Shown here: one piece after another, positions 20,216 through 30,443 of the stretch
Position numbering within the stretch: position 1 is the first letter of the stretch
Layout: each line of letters begins with the position of its first letter
Assembly: GCA_041650615.1 (NCBI GenBank)
Contig: JBAZKU010000001.1
Span: forward strand, 458,750-522,749
Source of the DNA: Minisyncoccota bacterium
GTDB lineage: Bacteria > Patescibacteriota > Minisyncoccia > Phycocordibacterales > UBA9973
Direction of reading: 5' to 3'
DNA: 64,000 nucleotides
Translations under genes and position numbers: made by a program
The notes under the pieces: generated by a model
The model's input: the letters and a program-made list of their open reading frames with translations, nothing else
The model's database searches: none
What the model was told of the DNA's origin: nothing

Positions 20216-21577
20216 TTAGTATACATTTATTAAATGTTTTAATGAATCGCCATAAAAAGTAAGTGAACGACCTGATTTTATAGCTCCATTTGTTCCTCCA
20301 CTTCCACTAACTTCTATAGTTTTTCCATCCCCAATATACATAACCACATGGCCTACATTAGGGAATATAGCGCTTTCCCCAATTTTCCAACCCAACAAAT
20401 CTCCAATCTTTAATTCTTTCCCGTTTACCGAATTGCCAGAAATACTTATTGAAGTGTTATCAAGGAACATGCTAGATGTACGGTCGCCCGAAAAGTCTAG
20501 TCCTGCGCATTTATATACTTGTTTCACAAAAGAAGAACAATCAAGATATAAAGTCGGGACGGTTTTATTAATTTTATTTCTGTTGTTTTGACTATAAGTT
20601 ACTTTCCCCTCAAAACTATTAGCTATTTTTAGAAGTTCAGAACTTCTATTATTAGCTGTTGAAGTACCGGGACAATAAATTTGTAAAAAATCCAAGTCTG
20701 TTTTACTCGCGGCTACGAAGGCTTCGTTTGATTCTGCAGCAGGGCCATTTATTTCTATTGTTGCTTGGGGCAAATTATTCAAACACACACTAAGCAACTG
20801 AGGATTTATGGTATTTAAAATAAGATAAGAACCCAAAGCTAAGAGAAGTCCCAATACTGCATGAACAATTCTTTCCTTCCCAGCTTCCTTGGAAGACACA
20901 AGCTCGCTAGTCATGTATTCTATTCCCCCCATTACAATCATCACCATGGCCATTACCGCCGCAAAACCGATAACCAGTTTAATTATTATATTTAAGTAGT
21001 TTCCAAAAGGGCACGGATTGCTGTCAGAGCTCTGAGTATCAATTGTTGTATCTACTCCAGGCAATGAGGCAAGTGGAGTATAGGTTGTATCTGTGGTAGA
21101 AGTGGTTGCAGAAGAGAGAATTACGGTATCATATGGATTTTTAACTACTACTGAAACACCTGTGGTATCAAAAATCAACGGATTATTAGGGATGTCCTCT
21201 TGTTTTTCAAAAGCTAACCCAGCTATATAATAAGTTCCTTCTTCGGTGTAAGAAGATGTAAAATAAACTGAGCAAGTATTGTAACTTCCGGTTGAATTTG
21301 GGATCATGGTGCATGTTCCCCCGTCAGAAAAAGAATAGTCCTGACTAGGCCCGGTATTAACGCTAAATTCAAATATATTATTATATGGAGATTCTGACTT
21401 AACCGTTATTTTTACTGTTTGCCCTGGAACTGAAGTTGATGGTTCCGCGGACAGAGTTATTTTAAGATTTTGTGCCAAGCTTTGATTAAACGGAATAAAT
21501 AAACCAAATGAAAACATCATTAAGAATATCAGAACTATGGTTTTTTTAAAAAGTTTTTGCATATTAAAATGATACAC
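20216..21577 (-). CDS. VirB2/TrbC-like pilin domain fused to NlpC/P60 peptidase
   Basis: GGIEYMTS...AGKERIVHAVLGLLLALGSYLILNTINP pilin motif; LDCSSFV, GDLL, GHVVMYIG NlpC/P60 motifs. Confidence 0.75.
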   Translation of the reverse strand: MYHFNMQKLFKKTIVLIFLMMFSFGLFIPFNQSLAQNLKITLSAEPSTSVPGQTVKITVKSESPYNNIFEFSVNTGPSQDYSFSDGGTCTMIPNSTGSYNTCSVYFTSSYTEEGTYYIAGLAFEKQEDIPNNPLIFDTTGVSVVVKNPYDTVILSSATTSTTDTTYTPLASLPGVDTTIDTQSSDSNPCPFGNYLNIIIKLVIGFAAVMAMVMIVMGGIEYMTSELVSSKEAGKERIVHAVLGLLLALGSYLILNTINPQLLSVCLNNLPQATIEINGPAAESNEAFVAASKTDLDFLQIYCPGTSTANNRSSELLKIANSFEGKVTYSQNNRNKINKTVPTLYLDCSSFVKQVYKCAGLDFSGDRTSSMFLDNTSISISGNSVNGKELKIGDLLGWKIGESAIFPNVGHVVMYIGDGKTIEVSGSGGTNGAIKSGRSLTFYGDSLKHLINVY

Positions 21578-22553
21578 TAATTTGCTTTGTCATACTTTGG
21601 AAAAGCGTATTAACATTATTTATGGCGACTTTAATTAAAGCGCTTCCGGATTGTCCGGCTTCCGGTTTGATGGACAATATATTTTTAGGATCTGGTGTTT
21701 GTATTTTCTCTCCATTTAAAGACCAATCAAAGACAAGGTCGGATGAATTTATATTTTTAGGTGAAAAGAAATAAGGTTCTACTATGAAGATTTCTCCGTC
21801 CGAATTTATTTTAAATCCATCACTCAAGGCTGTTTCCCATTGTACGCCGAGTAATGGGTCATTTCTATAAAAAAGTATTTTAGGATTTGCCGTGCTTAAG
21901 GTTATTTTTCCGGAGGCATTAGTACTCCCGGTAATATCGGACACTTTTACTTCAACAACATTTCCTTTATCCAAATAACTATTTTGAAAAATAAAATAAT
22001 TTTTACCCCATCCGGAAGAATTAGATTGAGCACTTCCATCCTTGGTCCATATATAAGACAAATTGTTTATATTCACTTTCCCGTATTGATTTACTAAATT
22101 CGGTATTGCTACCACTTTAAAGGTTCCTTGACTGGGGACCAGTGCTTTCCCTCTATAAAAAGGCGGAGTGTAAGAATCAGGGGCTTCCCAGAGTATATCT
22201 ACTCCCGATGGCGTTAAAGTCAGAGTTTTTGATATGGTTTCCCCGTCAATTGTGTTTATTATTACAGATAAAATAGTAGACGATCCTGCACTTCCCACCT
22301 TAAAAGAAAAAGATTTTTTCCCAATTCCTGCGCTTGCCTCTTGGCCATTTACTGACCAAGAAATATTCGCCTTATCAAGATTGATAGCATAACTATTTAA
22401 AGTGGCATCTGTATTTTGATTTGGACTTGGGTATTGGGGGGAAACATTAAGAACAATGTCCGTATCTTGTACCTGAGCACTCGCAAAAGACCCAAAAAGG
22501 GTAAAAATAAGCATAAAAAGCAACACTGAATATTTTTTTGCCATTATTCTCAT
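21564..22553 (-). CDS. secreted Ig-like beta-rich protein
   Basis: signal peptide ending ASAQ; repeated W-x-x-N/D-G motifs. Confidence 0.6.
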   Translation of the reverse strand: MRIMAKKYSVLLFMLIFTLFGSFASAQVQDTDIVLNVSPQYPSPNQNTDATLNSYAINLDKANISWSVNGQEASAGIGKKSFSFKVGSAGSSTILSVIINTIDGETISKTLTLTPSGVDILWEAPDSYTPPFYRGKALVPSQGTFKVVAIPNLVNQYGKVNINNLSYIWTKDGSAQSNSSGWGKNYFIFQNSYLDKGNVVEVKVSDITGSTNASGKITLSTANPKILFYRNDPLLGVQWETALSDGFKINSDGEIFIVEPYFFSPKNINSSDLVFDWSLNGEKIQTPDPKNILSIKPEAGQSGSALIKVAINNVNTLFQSMTKQISVSF

Positions 22554-22557
22554 TGTA

Positions 22558-24405
22558 TCATTTTTTTTCTTCCATCTCTATTCTCTCCATGTCTTGTTTT
22601 GCTTTCTTGATTGATAATATCTGAGATGGGTCGGAAGTAATAATTTGATCTTCCGTATAAGAAGATATAACCTTTATGGCGACATGTTTTAATCCGGCGA
22701 AGAATATTCCTTCCCCCACTTCGGATTCCAAAAGCAAATATTTTTCTTCATCTGTAAGATTGAAGGTTTTTTGCAAAGCGTCTATGGTAGTTGGGGACTG
22801 TTTTAAAAGGAGTTGGATGGAAGAGTTGGTAATAATTGGAATTCCATATGGAGATTTCATAAAATCTGCCGCATCTTGGGTGATGGTGGAAAGCCCCAAA
22901 TAATATTTTCTGCCTCGCTTGGCGATGGAATACAAGAAAGAGGCCGTATCTTCGGATTTCATCATCCACCATGCTTCATCAACAATCAAAAGACGTTTTT
23001 TCAAATTCTTGCGTATGGTTATCCAAATATAATGCATTACGATATACATTGCGACTGGTTTTAATTCGTCTTCCATGTCGCGAACAGAAAATACCACGAA
23101 TTTTTTATTAATATCCACATTTGATGGTCTGTTAAGGAAAGTAGACCAAGACCCTTTTGTATATTTGACCAATCTTTGCATTACTGAATCACTTCCTTCC
23201 ATTCCTCCCAGCACCATTTCAAAATCCGAAAGGAGTGGCGGTTCAATGTTTGAAAAATCCGAATCCGGAGTTATATCTTTCATCGCATAAGTTTCTGAAA
23301 TAGCGCGGTCTACCATAGAATCTTCCTCCGGAGTGAGGCCACCTAACATCAATCTGAAAAGTCCGACTAGATTAATAATATTTGATCGGAGAACATCTTC
23401 GGCTGATTCATCTTCGCGCGGAATTGGCAAGTCAAAAGGGTTTATGTGATGGTCCGAAGAAAGAGAAATATTAAAATATCGTCCTCCTACGGCTTCAGCT
23501 AAATATTCATATTCTCGTTCAGGGTCTATTACTATAATATCCACATCAAACATTAAGGACCTCAAAATTTCCAGTTTTGTAGCATAACTTTTTCCTGAAC
23601 CGGATTTGGCAAAAGTCACAGAATTATAGTTTTCCAGTGAAAACCTGTCAAAAATTACCAAACTTGAATTGTGCCTGTTAACACCATAAAGTATTCCCAT
23701 ATCGGAAGTTAAGTCAAAAGAAATAAAAGGAAAGACGCTTGAAAGCGGTTCTGAATTTAATTTTTGATGAATGTCCAATAAATCATTGCCGAGTGGCATG
23801 ACGCTCTTAAAACCTTCTTCTTGCTGGAAAAGAGCCGGTTTGATATAAATCAACTTTGATTCAAGTATTGATTTTATTTCATTTTCAACTTTATAAAGTT
23901 CCAAATCATTATCGGCATAAATCGTAATATAAATGCTAACGTCAAACATTTTTTGTTGTGCTTGGATGAGATTATCACGGAGCCCCTCCAGGTCCTGATA
24001 TGCGGTATCAAGCATCGGATCGCGAACCATCCCCTTTCCTTCGCGTACATTTATTTGGCTTTGAACTTCGGCAACTTTTTTCTGAAATTGTCTTAAGGCA
24101 AGCGATGTATCTATGGGATGGATAAAAATTGAAACATCAAAAACCTTATCTAAATTAATTATCGGAGAAAACCAGTTATCACTTAAGAATCTAGGGTAAG
24201 AAATTATAAAAAAAGTACGGGCGATTTTGTCACCCAGGTTTATGGTCTTGGATTCAATTTTTAAAGCGGATGGCGCAATAATATCTTGAAGTTCCAGTTT
24301 AGCGGATTCATATATTTCTTCTGGCAATACCGCTAAAACTGAAGCATTTGCTCCTTTGGCTTCATCCGTTTTATTTTTCCCGAGCAGTTTATCAAAAATT
24401 CCCAT
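22558..24405 (-). CDS. virB4: VirB4/TraC-like conjugation-type ATPase
   Basis: FPF motif, AKSGSGKS Walker A, IDPEREY, INPFD, LLIVDEAWWM Walker B, TITQD. Confidence 0.9.
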   Translation of the reverse strand: MGIFDKLLGKNKTDEAKGANASVLAVLPEEIYESAKLELQDIIAPSALKIESKTINLGDKIARTFFIISYPRFLSDNWFSPIINLDKVFDVSIFIHPIDTSLALRQFQKKVAEVQSQINVREGKGMVRDPMLDTAYQDLEGLRDNLIQAQQKMFDVSIYITIYADNDLELYKVENEIKSILESKLIYIKPALFQQEEGFKSVMPLGNDLLDIHQKLNSEPLSSVFPFISFDLTSDMGILYGVNRHNSSLVIFDRFSLENYNSVTFAKSGSGKSYATKLEILRSLMFDVDIIVIDPEREYEYLAEAVGGRYFNISLSSDHHINPFDLPIPREDESAEDVLRSNIINLVGLFRLMLGGLTPEEDSMVDRAISETYAMKDITPDSDFSNIEPPLLSDFEMVLGGMEGSDSVMQRLVKYTKGSWSTFLNRPSNVDINKKFVVFSVRDMEDELKPVAMYIVMHYIWITIRKNLKKRLLIVDEAWWMMKSEDTASFLYSIAKRGRKYYLGLSTITQDAADFMKSPYGIPIITNSSIQLLLKQSPTTIDALQKTFNLTDEEKYLLLESEVGEGIFFAGLKHVAIKVISSYTEDQIITSDPSQILSIKKAKQDMERIEMEEKK

Positions 24406-24410
24406 AATAT

Positions 24411-25079
24411 TTATACATTTACGCTGGGCGTGACTGCGCCCGGCTCTAATTCTATCTTTCCTTCTAATTCCCCTGGGTTGAAAACTTTATAAAATACCTC
24501 CACGACTTCTTCCGTTCCTAATTGAGCTGATTTTATGCCACAGCGCGAAAGTCCTTGCTGTATTACACTTACTCTTTCTTCCAGCTGTGATCTTTTTTCT
24601 TCAAAATCCAATTGATTTTTGATCTCCTCTTCCTTTGTATTTCCCTTTGAAAACAAATTTTTTAATATTCCGGATTTTGGCCCCAAATTTACGTGTGTAT
24701 AAGGCACTACAATAAAAAAGTTTTTTGTCATAATACTTACCGATTCGGTAAAATTTCTGATAAATTCTATATATTCTTTTGTCTGCAATTTAAGTAACGG
24801 TTCATTTTGCACTTTCATTCTGTTTTCTAAAAGCAAAAGGTACGGTCTAATGTCCAGCCTTCTTGATTGTACGGATATTTGAATGGAAAAATCCAAAGTA
24901 TTCAAGAAATTTTGGAATTGAAGTATTGTAGCTTGCTGTTCATCATTTGATTTTAAGGACAAGTTCACTGAATTAGCCAGCACTACCGCCCTAAGCCCCC
25001 CGTCTTTTAAGACAACAATACCATCACGGACTTCCTTGATCGGGACAAACTCTTGAGTTGCTTTTGCTTTTAATGCCAT
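24411..25079 (-). CDS. VirB4 N-terminal-like accessory protein
   Basis: TQEFVPIKEVRDGIVVLKDG...VNLSLKS..EQ...FLNTLDF; sits between prgI and virB4. Confidence 0.7.
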   Translation of the reverse strand: MALKAKATQEFVPIKEVRDGIVVLKDGGLRAVVLANSVNLSLKSNDEQQATILQFQNFLNTLDFSIQISVQSRRLDIRPYLLLLENRMKVQNEPLLKLQTKEYIEFIRNFTESVSIMTKNFFIVVPYTHVNLGPKSGILKNLFSKGNTKEEEIKNQLDFEEKRSQLEERVSVIQQGLSRCGIKSAQLGTEEVVEVFYKVFNPGELEGKIELEPGAVTPSVNV

Positions 25080-25086
25080 ATATTAA

Positions 25087-25527
25087 TTACGAATTATTCT
25101 CTTCCTTTTTCAAATCAAGAACATCCAAACTCCAAGCTAAATCTCGGAGTTTGCTTCCGCTGAGTCGAACCCCATTTTGATTCATCGTTTCATTTTTTAA
25201 TTCAACTGCTGCTCCTATCTCTTTTTGTTGTTCCCTTTTTACTTTAATTGTGTGCCTTTTCCAAATATAAAGCTTATTTTGCAGAGTATATTTTATTCCA
25301 GCTTCAACCATATTGATAAAAGGCTTGCCGTTTGGATGGTAAAAAGTGAGAGCTACTGATAATCCTGCTACAATCAAAATTGGTATGGCCCCCAACCACA
25401 ATCCTAATAATTTAAATAATATGTAACATATCCCTGCTCCCCCTACCAAATACACAAATTCCTTAAAGGTAAATGGGCCAAAAATTTTATCTTCTATTTC
25501 CAAAAATTGTGGGACTTTGAATTGCAT
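25087..25527 (-). CDS. prgI: PrgI-family (VirB3-like) membrane protein
   Basis: MQFKVPQFLEIEDKIFGPFTFKEF followed by two TM helices. Confidence 0.85.
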   Translation of the reverse strand: MQFKVPQFLEIEDKIFGPFTFKEFVYLVGGAGICYILFKLLGLWLGAIPILIVAGLSVALTFYHPNGKPFINMVEAGIKYTLQNKLYIWKRHTIKVKREQQKEIGAAVELKNETMNQNGVRLSGSKLRDLAWSLDVLDLKKEENNS

Positions 25528-25568
25528 ATGAATCAATTATAAACTACAAACTATCGGCCACCTAGCGT

Positions 25569-26240
25569 CTAATCAATGGGCATTCTGTACGGGTCTACTT
25601 TTGGAATTTCAGTGCTTGGTTTTATTGGGATACCGGAATCTTTTGTCATATTAGTAAGAGAATGTTCGGTTTCAACTGTTGGAATTTGAAAAGACCCGGA
25701 AAGTTTTTGTGCCAGTATTGGATGTATTTCCTTACCTGTTTCTGAATCAATAGGAAGATGGGCAAGTTCCTCTTTTGAAGGAGCAGGAAGTTCTTTTTCA
25801 GCCAACAAATCGGGAGTTTCCAAGTGTTTCAACATTTCTTCCCGGCTTTCCAGGGGTTGCTCTTTTGATTCCTCTGATGTTTGTGTTTGTTTATTTTCAG
25901 ATATTTTTTTTATTTCAATATTTTTTACAAGTTCCTCGCGAATTTTTTTAAAAACTCTTTCATTCATTTCATTTACTAATATATCTACCTGAGCTCTTGG
26001 GATATTCATTCTCTTTTCCAGTTCCTTCGGATAATCTTCTGGATTAATAAGCCCGCAAAGTAACAATTCCGTCTCAATCTCAAGGTCTTCCAACTGTGTA
26101 TAGCTGTATCCTTTCTCTGCTCTCATCCCCAAAATTATTCCCTTCCAATCAATTGCATCAATAGCGTGTTGGCTTTCTTCTGATAGTCCTGTCTTCGCTT
26201 TTTCTATTTTTATTTTTAGTAAATCTACTGTGTTTTCCAT
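25569..26240 (-). CDS. conserved hypothetical protein (C-terminal DPYR-x-PID), paralogous to upstream gene
   Basis: shares ESQxAIxAxDW...LxxETxLxLxGL...VF..I pattern with 26249-26749. Confidence 0.7.
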   Translation of the reverse strand: MENTVDLLKIKIEKAKTGLSEESQHAIDAIDWKGIILGMRAEKGYSYTQLEDLEIETELLLCGLINPEDYPKELEKRMNIPRAQVDILVNEMNERVFKKIREELVKNIEIKKISENKQTQTSEESKEQPLESREEMLKHLETPDLLAEKELPAPSKEELAHLPIDSETGKEIHPILAQKLSGSFQIPTVETEHSLTNMTKDSGIPIKPSTEIPKVDPYRMPID

Positions 26241-26248
26241 AATATTTA

Positions 26249-26749
26249 TTATATAACAAACTTATTTTTAATATCCGTAATTTTAGAACTATTATCTAAC
26301 GTAGTTGTTCTAGAATCCTTAGTAGGTATATTTGAATTATTTTCTTTTTTTATAAAAGCAGAATAATCTCCGCCAGAAACTATAAAATTAAGGGTTTGTT
26401 TCCAATTTAGGTTTTTGTTTTTTAAATTGTCTTCAATTGTTTTTCTTATCGTTTCACTTATTGGGCTAAATATCTTTTTATTTACTTCTTCTGCAATTTT
26501 TTCCGCTTCTTCCTTGCTTGTTCCTACATTATTCTCAATATTAAGTGCATATTCATCTACATCTACCAATCCCACTAAAACTAATCCAGTTTCTACTTGG
26601 AGATCGTTTACCTCACTTTCAGTGAGTAAATTTTTTTTACCAATTTCTTCTGAGATATTCCCCCAATCAAAAGCATTAATAGCATCTTGTGATTCTTTTG
26701 GCAAATTTATCATTTCTTCTTTTATTTTTTGTTTTAATTTTTCAGTCAT
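26249..26749 (-). CDS. hypothetical protein, paralog of 25569-26240
   Basis: operon position; shared N-terminal motif. Confidence 0.7.
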   Translation of the reverse strand: MTEKLKQKIKEEMINLPKESQDAINAFDWGNISEEIGKKNLLTESEVNDLQVETGLVLVGLVDVDEYALNIENNVGTSKEEAEKIAEEVNKKIFSPISETIRKTIEDNLKNKNLNWKQTLNFIVSGGDYSAFIKKENNSNIPTKDSRTTTLDNSSKITDIKNKFVI

Positions 26750-26761
26750 AAATTTTTATTT

Positions 26762-28726
26762 TTAATGCGGTTTTTCTCCACTATCTAATTTTGTTCCAGT
26801 TCTTATTTTTCTGGCAGCCTCATCTGCTCCAGCTCGGCTATATGCACCTAATTTAAATATTTGATTTAAGGTTTTACTTGTATTCCCTGATATCTTTTTT
26901 GCGTAAGCAGTTGTAATTTGATCACTCTTTACATCTAATCTTTGTTTTGCTTCACGTACATCTTTTTCAAAATCTTTTATACTACCAGAGCCCCCACTTG
27001 CCAGACTCCCCGCGTCTCTTATTGTTTCCTTTCTGGCTTTTGCAGCATCTAAACTAGCTTTTGCAGTGGCCATAGCTACTATGTCGTTAGCATTTTTTGC
27101 TTCTTTTAGATCTATTCTAGCCTTATCTATTTCTTTATCTACTTGTGCTAGGTCAAGTTTTACTGGGAGAGTAGCTTCTTTTAATTTAATCTCTGCGTCA
27201 GCTACTTCATCTTTTTCCTTTCCAATCCCTCTTTTTTCTAATTCATCCGCTCTCTTTTGTCTTCTCTCTACTTGCTGTTTCTTCATTTCTGTCCACCCCC
27301 CCTTTAAGTTTTCAGTACTGCCAATTCCCCCAACTAAAAATCCTCTACCTAGATTTATACCAGTCTGTTTTTGAAATGCTTTTCCCGCTCCAGTTTGTCG
27401 TATATCCCAACTACTCTTTTGCGTAAACTTACCTACATCTTTAAATACACTAGCAGTACGTTTGAGCCCCAATCTTTCCGCACCCTTTGCTGCTTGACTA
27501 GCAAGATATCCCCCACCCCCACCCAAAGCTACTCTTCCTGCCAAAGCAGCTCCTCCCGTTGCTGCCCCCAGCGCCAATCCTCCTGCCATTGCGCCAATAC
27601 TTGTTATTGCCTTCCCCATTTTGCCAGAATATTCTACTGCTAATTTTTTGGCCATGGTCAGGAGCATAAAAATAATAGCGAAAGGAATTATTACACTCAT
27701 TAAATGTTGCATTATATTTTCCATACCGGTTAAATTTGGGTTGTCAGCATAACTTATAATATCTGTAAGAAATTTAGTAAACAATACAATAATATACAAA
27801 AAGAATATAAACAAAGGAGCGAGCATTGCGTTTTCTATCAAATTTTTCCACCATTCTTTGTGACCGAAACCCGGGATATCAAAAGGAACACTGTATGATA
27901 TAAAAGCAATAGGAGAAAAAATCATAGATATCCAAAGAGAAACCACTCTCCCTACAAAAAGAAGAGCCACTGAAAAGAATATATAGGTCATATAAAGAAG
28001 AATTGCGGCAATTATGAGGGTCATAAAAATAAAAGTATACGCATTGGCGTCATATACTGGTTGCGTAATAAGTTCTACAGGATTGAATTTATCAACTAAT
28101 CCAACTGAAATAGTTTTTTGTCCACCAACCCCAGCTTCTGAATCTTGTAATTCACCATTTACTTTTGGAGCACTTGCATCTTTTGAAGTTATATTATTGT
28201 AAAATACTTTTGCCAGAATATTTGAACCATCAATAACTAACTTTGTAGTGAATAAGCTGAAATTTATAACTAAAGCAACTATAATAACTGCGCTAATTAA
28301 TTTTTTATTATCTGTAACATTTAAGCCGAGGATTGTTTTGATTGCTACATACAGTAAGGCAATTATAAAAAATATATTTGCGACATCTCTCACCGCCCCC
28401 CAGCCTTGTTTTACAAAATCATTGGTATATGAGGAACTATTGGTGGAATAATATACAAAGAAGTCAAGAAATTCTCCAGCAACCCGAGCAATAGCGGCAG
28501 ATACTGACCAAATTATATAAGTTAACTGCGCAGTACAAGCTGAAAGACTAATAGAAGTAAAACTAGTACAACCTAAATCAAGTTCTGTTTGTGCCCTAGC
28601 TTCATTAATTTCCACTCTCAATGTAAACTGTTGTTTATAATTTATTTTAAATCCAGCTGAAATAGGCGCCATAAAAATAGCCACCATGATCACCGATATT
28701 AAAATTTTTGATAAATGTTTTTTCAT
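26762..28726 (-). CDS. VirB6/TrbL-like polytopic membrane protein with C-terminal coiled coil
   Basis: GWGAVRDVANIFFI, INFSLF, RVVSLW...FSPIAF, Gly/Ala-rich stretch; operon context. Confidence 0.65.
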   Translation of the reverse strand: MKKHLSKILISVIMVAIFMAPISAGFKINYKQQFTLRVEINEARAQTELDLGCTSFTSISLSACTAQLTYIIWSVSAAIARVAGEFLDFFVYYSTNSSSYTNDFVKQGWGAVRDVANIFFIIALLYVAIKTILGLNVTDNKKLISAVIIVALVINFSLFTTKLVIDGSNILAKVFYNNITSKDASAPKVNGELQDSEAGVGGQKTISVGLVDKFNPVELITQPVYDANAYTFIFMTLIIAAILLYMTYIFFSVALLFVGRVVSLWISMIFSPIAFISYSVPFDIPGFGHKEWWKNLIENAMLAPLFIFFLYIIVLFTKFLTDIISYADNPNLTGMENIMQHLMSVIIPFAIIFMLLTMAKKLAVEYSGKMGKAITSIGAMAGGLALGAATGGAALAGRVALGGGGGYLASQAAKGAERLGLKRTASVFKDVGKFTQKSSWDIRQTGAGKAFQKQTGINLGRGFLVGGIGSTENLKGGWTEMKKQQVERRQKRADELEKRGIGKEKDEVADAEIKLKEATLPVKLDLAQVDKEIDKARIDLKEAKNANDIVAMATAKASLDAAKARKETIRDAGSLASGGSGSIKDFEKDVREAKQRLDVKSDQITTAYAKKISGNTSKTLNQIFKLGAYSRAGADEAARKIRTGTKLDSGEKPH

Positions 28727-30436
28727 TTATTTTTGAAAATAATATTCATAACTGGAAGCGTCTTTAAAGACAGTGGTTAAATTTCGGATATCCACTATTT
28801 TGTTGTCAAAATATTCATACACAGTTAATCTATTCCCGATTAGTTGAAGCTGATAAGCTGCTATATCCGGGAAGCTGACTCGTATTTCCTGACCATTGGA
28901 ATCAATATAACCGAAGGCTTTGGCAAAAGTATGAGAAAGGTCTTCCGCAAAAGTTTGTAGATTGGTCCCTTCTTGGTACCCATACGTTTTTGCAAATAAG
29001 GAATTTTTAATAATTTGTCTGGTGAAAACTGTTTCAATCCCTTCGTGGTAACGAACGATAGCATCCGAAGGGGGGGTGCTTGTCTGCCCCAAAACAAGAT
29101 TTGTCCATGTTCCTGTTCCTGTACTGCTTGTTCCCGAAGTAGTTGTCCAAGTTCCGGAACCTGTACTGCTTGTCCATGTTCCTAAACCATTTCCTAGTCC
29201 GACCCAAGTAACACTTCCTGTTCCTCCTGTTCCCGAAGTAGTTGTCCAAGTTCCGGAACCTGTTCCAGTTCCCCAAGTTCCGCTAGTTCCTTCATTGTCA
29301 GTTGTCCAAATTCCGGATTCATTAGTTGTAGTTGTAGTTGTTGTAGTGGTGGTGGTAGGAGTTGTAGTTGTTGTAGTGGTAGTGGTAGTAGAAGTTGTAG
29401 TATCCCTGCTCCCTCCTCCACTTGTGCTTGCACTAGAAGAATTTGTCGTAGTAAAATTTATTATTTGTGGCGCTGGAAATATTTTTTCTTCACCGCTAGT
29501 TGTAATATTTTTTACTGTAGCTCTGAATTGGTATTCTGTGTTTGGTTTTAATCCGGACAAGCCAAATTTTATGTCTCCATAAAGATTGGCATTATTATCC
29601 ATATTATAAGTTTGTTCTCCGGCTGAAACCCACGATGCGACACAAGCAGGATATACTCCGGTCCAACCGGTCGGGCATCCATTATTAACATTTTCTCCTG
29701 TAGGTATCACTAATTTTGCTTCTCTATATTGAAAGTAAGTTTTGACTTTTTCATTTGTGATTGTTCCATCAGAATTTGTTTTTGGAGAGCAATAGGAACC
29801 GCTCAATTGAGCAGAAGTTGATTTTATATTTTTTACGCTTTTTGTTTCTACAGTTGTGTCATAACAATTGGTATGAAAGCTTTTTACGGCACTTTCTCCG
29901 CCATAAGATATATTTTCTTTATTGGAAAGTATTGCGCAATAATAATATGTTGTATTTGGGCTTAAGCCGGTTATTTGTTGATAAAAAGAATTTGTTTCCT
30001 GGGTAGAATTGAAAAGAGAACCTAAACCTGGGGTGAAAAATGGAGCAGAAGTATAATTATTTCCTTTTCCATCTTTAGTAAAGCTTGCTCCTAAGTGAAT
30101 ATCCCCTGTTGAAACCATATTAGTGCCATAAATATCATTGCAGAAAATCGGTGAAATAACCGCTTTTGAATATCTAAAATATGCGGTAATTGGAGACATT
30201 TGGGTGACTCCGGTATTACACGGTATCCCTGTTCTTGTGCTATATCCTTCAAATGAGGTGCATCCCAACTGGTAAGTTGTAGTTATAGTGCCTGTCCCAT
30301 GTAATGTCGCAGTAGTTTGAGTAATATTGTTTGCGGAATCGGTAGAAAAAGAAAGAAAAGAAGGTGTATAGGCTTGCAAAATAAATGGAGCAAGAAATAA
30401 TGAGATTATTAGAATTTTTAATATATTTTTTTTCAT
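28727..30436 (-). CDS. secreted FN3-like protein with Thr-rich and GTW repeats
   Basis: signal peptide; GLSPNTTYYY and GLKPNTEYQFR FN3-like motifs; poly-Thr linker. Confidence 0.7.
   Translation of the reverse strand: MKKNILKILIISLFLAPFILQAYTPSFLSFSTDSANNITQTTATLHGTGTITTTYQLGCTSFEGYSTRTGIPCNTGVTQMSPITAYFRYSKAVISPIFCNDIYGTNMVSTGDIHLGASFTKDGKGNNYTSAPFFTPGLGSLFNSTQETNSFYQQITGLSPNTTYYYCAILSNKENISYGGESAVKSFHTNCYDTTVETKSVKNIKSTSAQLSGSYCSPKTNSDGTITNEKVKTYFQYREAKLVIPTGENVNNGCPTGWTGVYPACVASWVSAGEQTYNMDNNANLYGDIKFGLSGLKPNTEYQFRATVKNITTSGEEKIFPAPQIINFTTTNSSSASTSGGGSRDTTTSTTTTTTTTTTPTTTTTTTTTTTNESGIWTTDNEGTSGTWGTGTGSGTWTTTSGTGGTGSVTWVGLGNGLGTWTSSTGSGTWTTTSGTSSTGTGTWTNLVLGQTSTPPSDAIVRYHEGIETVFTRQIIKNSLFAKTYGYQEGTNLQTFAEDLSHTFAKAFGYIDSNGQEIRVSFPDIAAYQLQLIGNRLTVYEYFDNKIVDIRNLTTVFKDASSYEYYFQK
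29105..29400 (-). repeat. intragenic low-complexity and tandem repeats (ACN triplet run; GTGSGTWTTTSG units)
   Basis: about 30 mostly Thr codons; duplicated TGTTCCCGAAGTAGTTGTCCAAGTTCCGGAACCTGT near 29130 and 29228. Confidence 0.8.
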
Positions 30437-30443
30437 TTCTTTT

